From contig NC_000964.3 in the NCBI RefSeq assembly GCF_000009045.1, positions 2,430,001 through 2,462,000 of the forward strand: 32,000 nucleotides of DNA, given 5' to 3'. This stretch comes from Bacillus subtilis subsp. subtilis str. 168 (GTDB lineage: Bacteria > Bacillota > Bacilli > Bacillales > Bacillaceae). Position 1 is the stretch's first letter. Each line of letters begins with the position of its first letter. Under the pieces are notes generated by a model. That model did no database searches. It was not told the DNA's origin and saw only the letters and a list, made by a program, of their open reading frames with translations. The translations under genes and the position numbers were made by a program. This document shows positions 8,372 through 19,840 of this stretch, piece after piece.

Positions 8372-9853
8372 TTATGAATTGGTAGGCTGCCTTAAGCGAT
8401 TTTTGGGGTGAACGATGCTGGGTCTTACTTTTGCGCCAGGTTTCGCTGTGCGGACAAGAACCTGCCACAGCGCCTTTCCGTTAAAGGGAATCAGCGGCCA
8501 TAAGTACGGTGTCTGAAGGGATTTGATGCTTGCCATGGCAATAATTAGCACTGTAAATCCGATGACGAGCCCTTTTATATGAAATAAAGCAACGAGTATC
8601 ATGAGGACAAGACGGCTCATTTTGTTTGCCAAGCTTAATTCATAACTAGGCGTCGTAAAGGTTCCAATCGCCGCAAGTGAGACGTACAGAATCACCTCAG
8701 GAGAAAAAAGGCCGACCTCAATCGCAATCTGCCCGATCAGAACAGCGGCAATTAAACCCATTGCTGTCGATAAAGCCGTCGGTGTGTGAATGGCAGCCAT
8801 TCTGAGAAACTCGATTCCTAAGTCAGCTAAAAATATCTGCAGGATGATCGGGATATGCGTATCTTTATTTAAACCGATAAATTTCATGTTGTCCGGGAGC
8901 AGATCAGGCTGAAGCACAAAGAGAAACCAGATCGGAAGAAATAAAGTAGAAGCAAGAATACCGAAAAATCTTACCCATCTTAAAAAGGTCCCGACTGAAG
9001 GCGCCTGCCTATATTCTTCAGCATGCTGCACATGGTGAAATAAAGTCGTCGGGGTAATGATCACACTCGGCGATGTGTCCACTATAATGATAACATGGCC
9101 TTCTAGAACATGATTTGCGGCCACATCCGGTCTTTCTGTATAGCGCACGAGCGGAAAAGGATTATAGCTTTGATTAACAATGAATTCCTCGACAGTTTTG
9201 TCTGCCATTGTTAATCCATCGACATCAATGGATGCAATTTCTTTTTCTACGATCTCAACCAGATCCGGATCAGCTATATCTTCTATATAACAAATGCTTA
9301 AATCCGTCTTTGACCGCTCACCAACTTTAGTCATCTTGACTCGAAGGCGTTCGTCTCTGATCCGCCTTCTGAGAAGGGCCGTATTGACGACGATATTTTC
9401 AACAAATCCGTCTCTGGCTCCCCTGACCACCTTTTCCGTATCAGGTTCTTCCGGGTTTCTGCCCGGATAGCTTCTGACATCAATTATAAATGCGAAGCCT
9501 GCACCTTCAACAATGACAGCGACGAGCCCGGACAGCACTTGGTCGGTGGTTTCATCCAAGGTTTTTACTTTTTCGACCTGGGCGTTAAGCAGCCTGTTTT
9601 CGACGATGTCGACCAGCTCATCAGGGTCTTCTTTCCGATTGTTAATGGCAACAAGCTCTCTCATTAAATGAATAATATAGGCTGTATCGCATAATCCATT
9701 TAGATAGTAAAGCTGGATCTCTTTATCTAAAATCGTGAGCTTGCGAACACCTACATCATAGCTCGTCCCCATCCCAACACGGTTTTTGAAATACTCTTCA
9801 TTTTTAGCTGGATTCCGATAAACCCGAATTTTCTCTTCCTTGTGGTCCGGCAT
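8372..9853 (-). CDS. spoVAF: Stage V sporulation protein AF (GerA-type germinant-receptor A-subunit-like membrane protein)
   Basis: 493 aa; GerA-type features ([15 protein letters not shown], [34 protein letters not shown], multiple TM); first position after spoVAE genes. Confidence 0.95.
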
Positions 9854-10415
9854 GATACCCGCTCCTTTCTAAAATAAACTCGACCGCTTTCATGGTGATT
9901 GGCGACCCTTTTGAGATATCGTCTTTTCTGCCCATTTTGCCGATATCCCCGATACCGACAATAAGCGGGAGATCAAGTTTATCAAGGCAATAGACTGTAT
10001 CTCCACTCATTCTGTGGTCATCAAATTCCCTTTCCCCGACTTTATCGACGCCGTATTCAGTTATTTCTCCATTGCGGTCAATGCTTACATCGACCCTGGT
10101 CCATTCAGCCTGATGTGTTTTTGACGCGACCGCAATCACACCGAGCACTTCAATAGACGGATGGGTTGCGACATAGGTTAGAGCGGCTTCTCCCGGGCCC
10201 TCTCCTTGAAGGCCGGAGTCGTCAAACATGACAAATACAGGATCATACGGTGCTGAGGCGATCAGCTTGACAAGCTCGGCGCCGCTGCGGGTGGAAGGAT
10301 TCCCTTTTGATTGTGAAATACATCGGCCTCCCACTTTGCTTGCGGCGTATTCAATTGTTTTAGCGGCATAAACATCCCCGTCTGTTACCAGTATGACCTT
10401 GCGTTTTGTCGTCAT
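9804..10415 (-). CDS. spoVAEA: Stage V sporulation protein AE (SpoVAEA), 203 aa soluble protein
   Basis: [45 protein letters not shown]...; operon position. Confidence 0.92.
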
Positions 10416-10422
10416 GTCGGCA

Positions 10423-10773
10423 TTATCCTTTCGGTTTGAAAATAACAGCTACGATAAAGGCGAAAAGAATAGCGGCTGAGATACCGGCCGAGGTCAGCTC
10501 AAAAATCCCCATGCCGATTCCGATAAATCCGTGTATATGCGCCTGATGCATGGCGCCGTGCAGAAGACTGTGACCGAAGCTGACGATCGGAACGGTGGCG
10601 CCTCCTCCGGCAAATTCAATAAATTTATCGTAAATGCCGAAACCATCTAATATTGCACCGATTACAACAAATGATGTCATGACATGAGCTGGCGTCAATT
10701 TAAAAATATCCAAGAGCAGCTGGCCGACGATACAGATGGCCCCGCCGCAGACAAAAGCCAAAAGGTAGTCCAT
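10423..10773 (-). CDS. spoVAEB: Stage V sporulation protein AEB, 116 aa membrane protein
   Basis: [37 protein letters not shown]...; paralogous to SpoVAC; ORF to 10806 with likely internal start. Confidence 0.92.
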
Positions 10774-10774
10774 A

Positions 10775-11791
10775 TTAAGATGCACCTCCTGCACGCTCAA
10801 ATACAACCCCGTGGGCGATAGTCGGGATGGTTTCTTTTTGCTGGATCATCGTCGGGCTTAATAGCGCCCCGGTCGCCACGACAAATACACGGTTTAGTTT
10901 TCCTTCTCTCAGCTGCTTAAAAATATGAGAGTAGGTGACAACCGCTGAACAAGCACAGCCGCTCCCCCCGGCAAAGACCTGCTGATCCGGAGTGTAAATC
11001 AGAAGCCCGCAATCATCATGCTTTGTGCCGACTGGATATCCATCTTCTTTTAAAATGTCTTTTACGATTGGAGAACCGACGCCTGACAGGTCACCTGTCA
11101 GGATTAGATCATAGTCATCCGCTGTCCGGTTGAGATCTTTAAAGTGCTGCTTAATCGTATCAGCTGCAGCCGGAGCCATAGCCGATCCCATATCAAAAGG
11201 ATCTGTAATTCCTAAATCAGAAACCTTCCCGACAGTCGCACTTGTGATTTGGATATCACCCGGTGTCTGACTGATGACAACTGCACCGCTTCCGGTTACA
11301 GTGGAGGTAGCAGTGTCCGGTTTTTGGCCTCCGTATTCTGTCGGATAGCGAAACTGTCTTTCCGCAGTTGCATTGTGACTGCTGGTGGCAGCGAGTGCCC
11401 TTTTGGCAAACCCTCCATCAACTAAGGCTGATGCGACAGCCACTGTTTCCATTGATGTTGAACAGGCGCCAAACATACAAAGAAATGGGATTTTCAAGTG
11501 TCTTGCCACATAGTTAGCCGTCACGTTTTGGTTCAGCAAGTCGCCTGCCAGCAATAGGTCAATATCATCTTTTGTCAGATTGTTTTTTTGAAGTGCAACA
11601 TTAACAGCGTCTTCCATCAGCTGCCGTTCCGCCATTTCCCAGCTTTTTTGATTACAATGCATTTCGTCATAGGTTTTATCAAATAAAGAGCCAAGCGGTC
11701 CGTCTTTTTCCTTTGGTCCTGCTGCCGTTCCCGCTGAGTTGACAAATATGGGATGTTCAAATACCCAGGTTTGCTTTCCTGTTAATTTCAT
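10775..11791 (-). CDS. spoVAD: Stage V sporulation protein AD (thiolase-fold, DPA-binding)
   Basis: 338 aa; [34 protein letters not shown]..., FabH-like [15 protein letters not shown]. Confidence 0.95.
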
Positions 11792-11803
11792 TTTCTTCTC
11801 CTC

Positions 11804-12256
11804 CTATGACATCAGTTTCTCAAAAGCAAACCGAATCATTCCAACGATGTATGCAGCTACAACTCCGAAAACAATAACATTTCCTGCCAGTTTAAACATA
11901 TTTGTCGCTACTCCAAGCACTAATCCTTCGCTTTTATATTCAAGAGCCGCACTTGCCATACTGTTGGCAAAACCCGTGACAGGTACGGCTGAACCTGCGC
12001 CTGCGAATTGTCCGATTCTGTCATAGATTCCAAACCCTGTAAGCAGGGCAGAAATTAATATCAGCGTTGCAGCTGTTGGATTCCCCGCAGTTTTTTCATT
12101 GAAATCAAAAAAATGGATATAAAAATTTTGCAGACCTTGCCCGATTGCACAAATCAGTCCGCCCACTAAAAAGGCTTTTACACAGTTCCAGACGTAAGGC
12201 GGCTTAGGCTGATATGTTTTCACTTTTGATTTGTAATTTTCTTTTATGTTTGTCAT
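11804..12256 (-). CDS. spoVAC: Stage V sporulation protein AC (membrane channel component)
   Basis: 150 aa; GQGLQNFYI...AGSAVPVTGFANSMASAALEYKSEG; operon position. Confidence 0.95.
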   Translation of the reverse strand: MTNIKENYKSKVKTYQPKPPYVWNCVKAFLVGGLICAIGQGLQNFYIHFFDFNEKTAGNPTAATLILISALLTGFGIYDRIGQFAGAGSAVPVTGFANSMASAALEYKSEGLVLGVATNMFKLAGNVIVFGVVAAYIVGMIRFAFEKLMS

Positions 12257-12268
12257 CTTGAAACCTCC

Positions 12269-12694
12269 TTATGAATGGTCAATAAAGTACAGCCAGTGAA
12301 ATAAAGATCCCGCGATTTTCCCAATCACGATGGCCATTAACAGAATAATGATTTTACTTCTGAGCCCGATTCGTTTCGCCAAAATCGGCAGGACATTTAA
12401 AACCTCTGTAAGAGCAGCCGCTAGCATCCCGACGAACAAACCTGCCAGAAGCCCGACCGGCACAGCTATCCATTTTGTTAGATAAAGATGATTCATATGA
12501 AGCGTCTCCCATCCCCCGCAAACCGCGCCAAGAATAACAGCCGCTTCATAAGCCTGAACAAATCTCATTGTTTTGGTGAGCTGCATCAGCCGCGGAATGA
12601 TTCCCATTACGGTTAAAAAAGCAACGAAACCCGCCCCCACCGTTATGCCTCCGCCGAGCCCGACAAAAATGATGAACAATACACTAACGATCAT
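12269..12694 (-). CDS. spoVAB: Stage V sporulation protein AB
   Basis: 141 aa multi-TM; operon position; overlaps spoVAA by 11 nt. Confidence 0.93.
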
Positions 12695-13304
12695 GCAGAT
12701 CCTTTATGGTTTCTTGATTCTCATGCATGGCCACATATTGATCGAGATCAAGCTGATAGTTAAACATCTCAACCTCCAGCGGGCTGGGCTCTTCATTTAG
12801 GCGCTTTTTAAATATGTGGTTAAAAAACACGATCATCCCCAGTCCCAAACCGATGCTGTATGGGATTTGAAGCAAATATGGATAGTCATTCCTCTCTCCG
12901 GTTATGATTTCATATAGTGCGATATGAACATCTCTCATGCTTACATCCTCATGAAAGTTCATGATGGCAAGACACGATCCAATAAACAGAAGCAGCCAGA
13001 CACCGATAAATAGAACCGTTGATAAATTTCGCTTTCGATACTGAATTTCAACAATGGTTTCTGCTCCGCCTACGGTTTGAACATCAATTGTCGGGTCTTG
13101 TAAATGAATGGCTCTGAGGACTTGTATGATATCCAGAATTACGATATTTTTATCTTTTTCGCTCACCTGATAAAGCGGCATAGCCGAAAGTTTCTTTTTC
13201 AGCTGAAGCTGCCCTTCTATTTGCGCGGCATCTCCAACGGTAATAATATCCCCTGGATGTGCCAGCACTCGGTGGCGAAGCCGGATAAATATTCGTCGTT
13301 CCAT
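12684..13304 (-). CDS. spoVAA: Stage V sporulation protein AA
   Basis: [29 protein letters not shown]...; first gene of the spoVA operon; ORF 12684..13307. Confidence 0.93.
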
Positions 13305-13336
13305 CATTGATCACCATCTTTCGGTGGTTATATATG

Positions 13337-13366
13337 TAGTATGTGGTTCGATTTTGTTCTCATTCA
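13337..13366 (-). promoter_or_regulatory. SigG-type forespore promoter for spoVA
   Basis: Minus TGAATG (13366-13361), 17-nt spacer, CATACTA (13343-13337), upstream of spoVAA; matches the SigG consensus TGHATR-N17/18-CATWMTA. Confidence 0.85.
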
Positions 13367-13404
13367 TCCGCTCGAAAAGACCATAAATTACCACGCTTTT
13401 GCAC

Positions 13405-13433
13405 AAAAAAGCTAGCCTGCACTGCAGACTAGC
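13405..13433 (-). terminator. Intrinsic terminator overlapping the sigF stop codon
   Basis: GCTAGtCTGCAgTGCAGgCTAGC stem plus TTTTTT on the minus strand. Confidence 0.8.
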
Positions 13434-14196
13434 CATCCGTATGATCCATTTGAACCTTGATCTGTTTTAATATTTTCTTTTCAAGCCTGGAAACCTGCAC
13501 CTGAGAGATCCCGAGCCGCTCAGCCACCTCGGACTGTGTCTGGTCTTTATAATATCTGAGATAGACGATTAGTTTTTCCCTTTCCTCCAAATCGCTGATC
13601 GCTTCTTTCAGCGCAATTTTGTCAAACCATTTTTCTTCTGAGTTGTCAGCGATTTGATCAAGCAGGGTAATCGGATCTCCGTCATTTTCATAAACGGTTT
13701 CGTGAATCGAAGATGGAGCCCTTACCGCCTCTTGGGCCAGTACAACATCCTCAGCTTCAATCTCCAAATGGTCAGCGATCTCCTGCACCGTCGGCACTCT
13801 GCCCAGTGTTTTCGAAAGCTCATCCTTCGCGCGCCGGATTTTGTTTCCAAGCTCTTTTAATGACCGTGATACCTTTACGGTTCCGTCATCACGGATAAAT
13901 CGTTGGATTTCTCCGATAATCATCGGCACTGCATACGTTGAAAAACGCACATCATAGGTTAAATCAAATTTGTCAACAGATTTTAACAGCCCGATGCAGC
14001 CGATCTGGAAGAGATCGTCAGGCTCATATCCTCTGTTTAAAAACCGCTGTACGACAGACCAAACAAGACGCATGTTTTTTTCTATGAGGAGGTCTCTTGC
14101 CTGCTGGTCGCCATTTTGGCTTTGTTTGATTAATTCCTTTACTTCATGATCCTTCAGCTGAGCGTTTTTGCCGTTTTTCTTAACCTCCACATCCAT
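13429..14196 (-). CDS. sigF: RNA polymerase sporulation sigma factor SigF
   Basis: 255 aa sigma-70 family: LIEKNMRLVWSVVQRFLNRGYEPDDLFQIGCIGLLKSVDKFD, C-terminal region 4 HTH. Confidence 0.97.
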   Translation of the reverse strand: MDVEVKKNGKNAQLKDHEVKELIKQSQNGDQQARDLLIEKNMRLVWSVVQRFLNRGYEPDDLFQIGCIGLLKSVDKFDLTYDVRFSTYAVPMIIGEIQRFIRDDGTVKVSRSLKELGNKIRRAKDELSKTLGRVPTVQEIADHLEIEAEDVVLAQEAVRAPSSIHETVYENDGDPITLLDQIADNSEEKWFDKIALKEAISDLEEREKLIVYLRYYKDQTQSEVAERLGISQVQVSRLEKKILKQIKVQMDHTDG

Positions 14197-14207
14197 AACA
14201 AATCTCC

Positions 14208-14648
14208 TTAATTACAAAGCGCTTTGCTTTTTGATAAGTGCTTTGTTAAGCGAATCGTTGTTCCCATTTCAGGCGATGAATCGATACTGACATCATCCAT
14301 GAAATTTTCCATAATGGTAAAGCCCATTCCAGAGCGCTCAAGCTCAGGCTTAGTCGTAAATAGAGGCTGACGGGCTTCTTCAAGATCTGTAATGCCTAAG
14401 CCTTCATCACGAATAGTCATATATACGACATGATCTTCCAGCGTCACTGAAATGTAAACTTTCCCTTCACAGTTCTCTTCATATCCATGGATAATCGCAT
14501 TCGTGACAGCCTCTGACACGACTGTTTTGATTTCAGTCAGTTCATCCATTGTCGGGTCCAGCTGAGCTATAAATGAAGCAACTGTCACACGGGCGAACGA
14601 TTCATTCTGACTGAGGGCAGAAAACTCAAGGTGCATTTCATTTTTCAT
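14208..14648 (-). CDS. spoIIAB: Anti-sigma F factor / serine protein kinase SpoIIAB
   Basis: GHKL motifs: [29 protein letters not shown]. Confidence 0.97.
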   Translation of the reverse strand: MKNEMHLEFSALSQNESFARVTVASFIAQLDPTMDELTEIKTVVSEAVTNAIIHGYEENCEGKVYISVTLEDHVVYMTIRDEGLGITDLEEARQPLFTTKPELERSGMGFTIMENFMDDVSIDSSPEMGTTIRLTKHLSKSKALCN

Positions 14649-14998
14649 GATGCCACCCCCAGTGTCAGGAGTGCCTGCTGTTCAGATTGTTCAAATCGGA
14701 TAATTTTAAACAGACCCGACATATCAAACAATCGCTTCACCGCAGGAGAGATAGCGCAAACAACCATTTCTCCGCCAATTTGCTTAATTTGCTTGTATCT
14801 TCCTAAAATAACGCCAAGCCCCGAGCTGTCCATAAAGGAAAGGTCCTCCAAGTTCAGCACGATATGGCGAATATCATCCTTCTCCAATGATTGAGTCACT
14901 TTTTGCTTCAGGGTTTCAGCCGTATGGTGATCGAGTTCGCCTGTTAATCGAATACAAAGCACAGATTCTTTGACATTCATGTCAATTCCAAGGCTCAT
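14645..14998 (-). CDS. spoIIAA: Anti-anti-sigma F factor SpoIIAA (117 aa)
   Basis: STAS domain, phosphoserine context [19 protein letters not shown]; overlaps spoIIAB by 4 nt. Confidence 0.97.
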   Translation of the reverse strand: MSLGIDMNVKESVLCIRLTGELDHHTAETLKQKVTQSLEKDDIRHIVLNLEDLSFMDSSGLGVILGRYKQIKQIGGEMVVCAISPAVKRLFDMSGLFKIIRFEQSEQQALLTLGVAS

Positions 14999-15029
14999 GC
15001 TCATTCCTCCTTGATATGATCGGATAATG

Positions 15030-15060
15030 AGTGTTTCGATTTCGACGGAATGAATTCCTT
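15030..15060 (-). promoter_or_regulatory. Candidate SigH promoter for the spoIIA operon
   Basis: Minus AAGGAATTCATTCCGTCGAAATCGAAAC: AGGAATT -35-like plus CGAAAC -10-like box upstream of spoIIAA. Confidence 0.45.
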
Positions 15061-15093
15061 CACCGTGACAAAACTAGTGGTCATTCGGCATAA

Positions 15094-16263
15094 TTACTTA
15101 AATTTTGTCCAGTCTCCCATCGTCCGCTTTAAGAATGTGATAAACCCGGCTTTCTTCATATCTTCTTTTGCAGCAACAGGACTTTCAGCGAGTACTTCTC
15201 CATCCTTTTTCAGAACAAGAGTGCCAAGCTCTTGGCCTTTTTGAATCGGAGCACTAATATTGTCCTTCATCTTGATTTCTTTTTTCACATCGTTCATATC
15301 CTCGCCTTTTTTCGTCAATATTGAAATCGGCTCAGATGTAGTGAGTTCGATAAATTTTTGTTTCCCTTTTTTGACCTTTACTTTTGCTACTGTTTGATTT
15401 CGTTTATATAAAGGATGCGTTTCATATTGGCTAAAGGCGAAGTCAAGCATTTTTGTCACTTGCGCGTTTCTTTCTTTAGGCGTGCTCGCTCCGAATACAA
15501 CCGCTATGGCCCGCATGTTTCCTTTTTTAGCCGAAGCAGTCAGACAATATTTCGCTTCGCCTGTATAGCCTGTTTTTACGCCGTCTACACCAGGATAAAA
15601 TTTGATAAGGCGATTTGTATTTACAAGCCAAAACTTTTTATCTGTATTTTCACGCAGATAATCTTCATACGTGCCGGTAAACTTCGTAATTGATTCGTAT
15701 TTCAATAATTCCTTAGCCATGATTGCCATGTCATAAGCAGAGCTGTAGTGTCCTTCCTCGGTCAGTCCTGTTGGGTTTTTAAAGGATGTATTTTTCAATC
15801 CCAGCTCTTTTGCTTTTTTATTCATTTTCTTCACAAATTCTTCTTCAGAGCCGGAAATAAATTCAGCCATGGCGACGGAAGCGTCATTTCCCGAAGCGAT
15901 TGCGATGCCTTTCAGCATTTCTTTGACAGTCATTTCTTCGCCGGGCTCAAGGAATATCTGTGAGCCGCCCATTGACGCCGCATGCTCGCTTGTACGGACC
16001 TTATCACTCATTTTGATTTTGCCTTTATCTAAAGCTTCCATAATCAAAAGCATCGTCATAATTTTCGTCATGCTTGCAGGCGCCAGTCTCTCATTGCTGT
16101 TCTTGTTGTAAAGCACTTTTCCCGTGTCACGTTCTATCAGCACCGCAGACTTCGCTTCATGAGCAAGCTCCGATGTACGTTTTCCGTCTTGTTTTGCAAA
16201 TGCAGACGGTGCAAATGTAAGCAGCATTATACCAATCAACAAAGTGGATAAAAGACGTTTCAT
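15094..16263 (-). CDS. dacF: D-alanyl-D-alanine carboxypeptidase (low-MW PBP) DacF, 389 aa
   Basis: Signal peptide MKRLLSTLLIGIMLLTFAPSAFA, SxxK in APASMTKIMTM, KTG in VDGVKTGYTGEA; ORF 15094..16449 with internal start at 16263. Confidence 0.96.
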   Translation of the reverse strand: MKRLLSTLLIGIMLLTFAPSAFAKQDGKRTSELAHEAKSAVLIERDTGKVLYNKNSNERLAPASMTKIMTMLLIMEALDKGKIKMSDKVRTSEHAASMGGSQIFLEPGEEMTVKEMLKGIAIASGNDASVAMAEFISGSEEEFVKKMNKKAKELGLKNTSFKNPTGLTEEGHYSSAYDMAIMAKELLKYESITKFTGTYEDYLRENTDKKFWLVNTNRLIKFYPGVDGVKTGYTGEAKYCLTASAKKGNMRAIAVVFGASTPKERNAQVTKMLDFAFSQYETHPLYKRNQTVAKVKVKKGKQKFIELTTSEPISILTKKGEDMNDVKKEIKMKDNISAPIQKGQELGTLVLKKDGEVLAESPVAAKEDMKKAGFITFLKRTMGDWTKFK

Positions 16264-16293
16264 CTCAAAAGCCCTCCATTTCATAATCCTTTT

Positions 16294-16322
16294 TATTTTT
16301 TCCAAGCGTGATGGTTTTATAC
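16294..16322 (-). promoter_or_regulatory. SigF-type forespore promoter for dacF-spoIIA
   Basis: Minus GTATA (16322-16318), 14-nt spacer, GGAAAAAATA (16303-16294); matches a GYATA / GGNNANAHTR type consensus. Confidence 0.65.
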
Positions 16323-16356
16323 GCCACTGATGGAAAATGTTTCGAATTTTGGGCAT

Positions 16357-16397
16357 AAAAAAAGACAGCTGTGTGATATCAGACACAGCTGTCTTTT
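16357..16397 (-). terminator. Intrinsic terminator after punA
   Basis: AAAGACAGCTGTGTctgatatcACACAGCTGTCTTTTTTT on the minus strand. Confidence 0.88.
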
Positions 16398-16417
16398 GGT
16401 CCTGCATTGATTCATAT

Positions 16418-17233
16418 TTATTCGTACTGAGCGACGATCGCTTTAACAAGCTTTAAGAATCCAGCTTTTACTTTTTCGGTCACTTCCATAACTTCATCGT
16501 GACTTAAAGGCTGATCCAGAATTCCGGCTGCCGCGTTAGAGATGCAGGAAATGCCAAGAACCCGCATTCCCGCATGATTCGCTACAATGACTTCCGGAAC
16601 AGTAGACATGCCGACTGCATCAGAGCCCATCGTTCTTAAGAAACGGACTTCTGCCGGTGTTTCGTAAGAAGGTCCTGTCACAGCAGTGTACACGCCTTTT
16701 TGAATTGGGATATTAAGGTCTTTCGCAATCTTTTCAGCCAGGCTGGACAGATCTTTGTCATAGGCTGAAGACATATCTGGAAATCTGGCGCCGAAATCTG
16801 CTTCGTTTGGCCCGATTAACGGGTTTGTTCCCATAAAGTTGATATGATCGGTAATAATCATTAAATCTCCCGCACGGAATTCAGTGTTGACACCGCCTGC
16901 GGCATTTGTCACGATCAACGCTTCCACACCGAGCGCTTTCATCACGCGTACAGGGAATGTGACTTTCTCCATTGAGTAGCCTTCATAAAAATGAAAGCGG
17001 CCCTGCATTGCAATGACGGAAACTCCTTCAAGAGTGCCAAGCACAAGCTGTCCGGCATGCCCTTCAACAGTAGATACCGGGAATTCAGGTATATCTTCAT
17101 ATTTCAGCTTGACCGGATTTTCGATTTCGTCCGCCAAAATGCCAAGACCTGAGCCTAAAATAAGGCCGATCTTTGGAGATTCCGGCAGGTTTTGTTTAAT
17201 AAAAGCGGCTGCGCGTTCAATTCTGTCCTTCAA
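16418..17233 (-). CDS. punA: Purine nucleoside phosphorylase I
   Basis: 271 aa; LGSGLG, MQGRFHFYEG, VTNAAGG, GPSYETPAEVRFLRTMGSDAVGMSTVPE. Confidence 0.95.
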   Translation of the reverse strand: MKDRIERAAAFIKQNLPESPKIGLILGSGLGILADEIENPVKLKYEDIPEFPVSTVEGHAGQLVLGTLEGVSVIAMQGRFHFYEGYSMEKVTFPVRVMKALGVEALIVTNAAGGVNTEFRAGDLMIITDHINFMGTNPLIGPNEADFGARFPDMSSAYDKDLSSLAEKIAKDLNIPIQKGVYTAVTGPSYETPAEVRFLRTMGSDAVGMSTVPEVIVANHAGMRVLGISCISNAAAGILDQPLSHDEVMEVTEKVKAGFLKLVKAIVAQYE

Positions 17234-17245
17234 GAAACAGTCCCC

Positions 17246-18430
17246 CTATTGTAATAAAGATAAAAAGCTTTTCCCGTATTTCGGTTTATTTGTTTGGAAA
17301 TTATCAGCGATCGTTGCGCCAATATCGGCAAATGTATCTGCAAGCGGCAGCATTTGCGCTTTCTTATGTTTTTTGCTGTAAGCGAGAATCGGCACATACT
17401 CGCGTGTATGGTCAGTCCCATGATGAATCGGATCATTGCCGTGGTCGGCTGTAATAATTAACAGATCGTCTTCTCTCATTTTTTCAAACACTTCCGGAAG
17501 CCGCGCATCAAATTCTTCAAGCGCGCGTCCGTAGCCTTCAGGGTCACGGCGGTGTCCGAATAACGCGTCAAAATCAACAAGGTTCGCAAAGCTCAGACCC
17601 GTAAAATCTTCTCCCAGCGTATCGATCACCTTGTCCATTCCGTCCATATTAGAAACCGTTCTGCGTGAAGAAGTAATGCCTTCTCCGTCGTAAATATCAG
17701 AGATTTTACCGATTGAAATCACATCTAAGCCGCAGTCTTTCAATTCATTCATGACAGTGCGGTCAAACGGCTTCAGCGCATAATCATGGCGGTTTGGCGT
17801 CCGTTTGAATTGACCCGGCTCTCCGACGAACGGCCGTGCAATAATGCGGCCAACCATATATTTCGGATCAAGCGTCAGCTCTCTCGCCGTTTCGCAAATG
17901 CGATACAGCTCCTCAAGCGGCACAACCTCTTCGTGAGCGGCAATTTGCAGAACAGAGTCAGCAGACGTGTAAACAATTAAAGCCCCTGTCTCCATGTGCT
18001 CCTGGCCAAGCTCATCCAAAATCGCTGTGCCGGAAGCCGGCTTGTTTCCAATAATTTTGCGGCCAGATCTCTTTTCCAGCTCTTGAAGCAATTCATCAGG
18101 AAAGCCTTCCGGGAACACTTTAAACGGTTTATCAATGTATAAACCCATAATCTCCCAATGGCCGGTCATCGTATCTTTGCCGTTTGACGCTTCTTGCATT
18201 TTTCCATAATAGGCAAGCGGATGTTCTGTTTTTTCTACACCTTTGATATCTTCGATAAGACCAAGGCCGAGCTTTGCCATATTCGGCATATGTAATCCGT
18301 TCATATGCTCGGCAATATGACCGAGCGTATGAGCGCCTTCGTCATTAAAGTCAGCGGCATCCGGCGCTTCGCCGATTCCGACTGAGTCCATCACAATTAA
18401 AAACACACGATTATATTTGTATGCAGGCAT
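17246..18430 (-). CDS. drm: Phosphopentomutase
   Basis: 394 aa; alkaline-phosphatase-superfamily motifs [34 protein letters not shown]. Confidence 0.95.
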   Translation of the reverse strand: MPAYKYNRVFLIVMDSVGIGEAPDAADFNDEGAHTLGHIAEHMNGLHMPNMAKLGLGLIEDIKGVEKTEHPLAYYGKMQEASNGKDTMTGHWEIMGLYIDKPFKVFPEGFPDELLQELEKRSGRKIIGNKPASGTAILDELGQEHMETGALIVYTSADSVLQIAAHEEVVPLEELYRICETARELTLDPKYMVGRIIARPFVGEPGQFKRTPNRHDYALKPFDRTVMNELKDCGLDVISIGKISDIYDGEGITSSRRTVSNMDGMDKVIDTLGEDFTGLSFANLVDFDALFGHRRDPEGYGRALEEFDARLPEVFEKMREDDLLIITADHGNDPIHHGTDHTREYVPILAYSKKHKKAQMLPLADTFADIGATIADNFQTNKPKYGKSFLSLLQ

Positions 18431-18567
18431 CTTGAAAGCCTCCTTTTTTTCTATACGTCTATTGTATCGCTAAGAGGTCTGACAACTCAAGTATAAACCG
18501 TTTTCATTCCCGTTGACAATGTATTTGGAAATAATGAGAAACTTCAATATTTTCTGTCGCTCTAAAC

Positions 18568-18593
18568 AAAAAAGCCGCAGCCACCTGCGGCTA
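18568..18593 (-). terminator. Intrinsic terminator overlapping the xerD stop
   Basis: Minus GCCGCAGGTGGCTGCGGCTTTTTTG. Confidence 0.82.
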
Positions 18594-19481
18594 TGCTCGC
18601 GGATGAAACTGCTTGTACACATCCTTCAGCCTTGTTTTCGTCACATGCGTATAAATTTGCGTCGTGGATATATCCGCATGACCGAGCATTTCCTGCACCG
18701 CTCTTAAATCTGCCCCGTTCTCAAGCAGATGCGTCGCAAAGGAATGCCTGAGTGTATGCGGAGTCAGCTCTTTCTTAATGCCGGCTTCCAATGCGATTTT
18801 TTTCAGGTTCTTCCAAAATCCCTGGCGGCTGATCTGTTTGCCGTGATGATTTAAAAAGAGGGCGTCAGATACATTATTTTTTAACAGTTTTCCCCTGGCT
18901 TTTGTCATATATTCCTCAATGGCGGAAGCAGCGGCTTCACCGATTGGCACAATCCGTTCTTTTCTTCCTTTGCCGAAGCATCGGATAAACCCCATAGATA
19001 AATGAACATCAGCCGTTTTCAATTCAATCATTTCACTGACTCGTATGCCTGTCGCATAAAGCAGCTCCAGCATTGCTTTATCCCGATATCCGAAAGGGCT
19101 CGTCAGCTTAGGCGTGTCCAATAACCGCTCGACTTCATTGAGCGCGAGCACCTTCGGAAGCGCCCGTTCCGTCTTTTGTGTTTCGATATGAACGGAAGGG
19201 TCCTTATCCGTTACTTTTTCCCTGAGCAGAAATTGATGAAAAGAGCGAATGGATGCCAAATGCCGCGCCGATGTCTTGCCGGATTTCCCCGAGTCCTTCA
19301 AATGCTTTAAGTATTGGATAATATGTATGCGGGTAACGTGATTCCAATCTGTAACATGAAGGGTTTCTGTTAAGTAGAGAGAATAGCTTTTCAAGTCACG
19401 TTCATAGGATACGATCGTATTTTGAGAGAGCCCTCTCTCTACCATAACGTAGTGGATGAAATCCTTTATTTGATCTTTCAC
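18591..19481 (-). CDS. xerD: Tyrosine site-specific recombinase XerD (RipX)
   Basis: 296 aa; [36 protein letters not shown] catalytic region; ATGIRVSE. Confidence 0.96.
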
Positions 19482-19488
19482 TCTTGAT

Positions 19489-19716
19489 CTACTCCCCGTT
19501 TTGGTAAAAAAAGATCAACCGGTCGAACCATCCGCCTTTTTCATCCTGATCCATTTCAACAACTTTTACAGCGGAGCCTTCCGGTTTATCATACCGATGA
19601 TAGTTTTCATACTCTTGATTCACCCATATCATAGCATAATAGAACAAAGCGGTAAAACCGGTAAACAGGATGAAAACTTTCAATGCATCGACAGCTGTTT
19701 TCAGGAATCTTCCCAT
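19489..19716 (-). CDS. yqzK: Small membrane protein YqzK
   Basis: 75 aa with single TM, between xerD and fur. Confidence 0.85.
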   Translation of the reverse strand: MGRFLKTAVDALKVFILFTGFTALFYYAMIWVNQEYENYHRYDKPEGSAVKVVEMDQDEKGGWFDRLIFFYQNGE

Positions 19717-19796
19717 GTCCTAATCGATCCTTTCCCTATGGTTCCAGTTATATAAACCATATGCCAAATCAGAAAGGTTTTATACATAGAAACAGC

Positions 19797-19824
19797 AAAA
19801 AACCCTTTCCCCATGAGAAAAGGT
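19797..19824 (-). terminator. Terminator-like hairpin after fur
   Basis: Minus AACCTTTTCTCATGGGGAAAGGGTTTTTT. Confidence 0.6.
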
Positions 19825-19840
19825 TCGCGCTCGGCACCGT

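Noticed and set aside
18513-18707. Plus 64-aa ORF near the xerD 3' end
   Set aside because: Covers a terminator hairpin and antisense of xerD; no support
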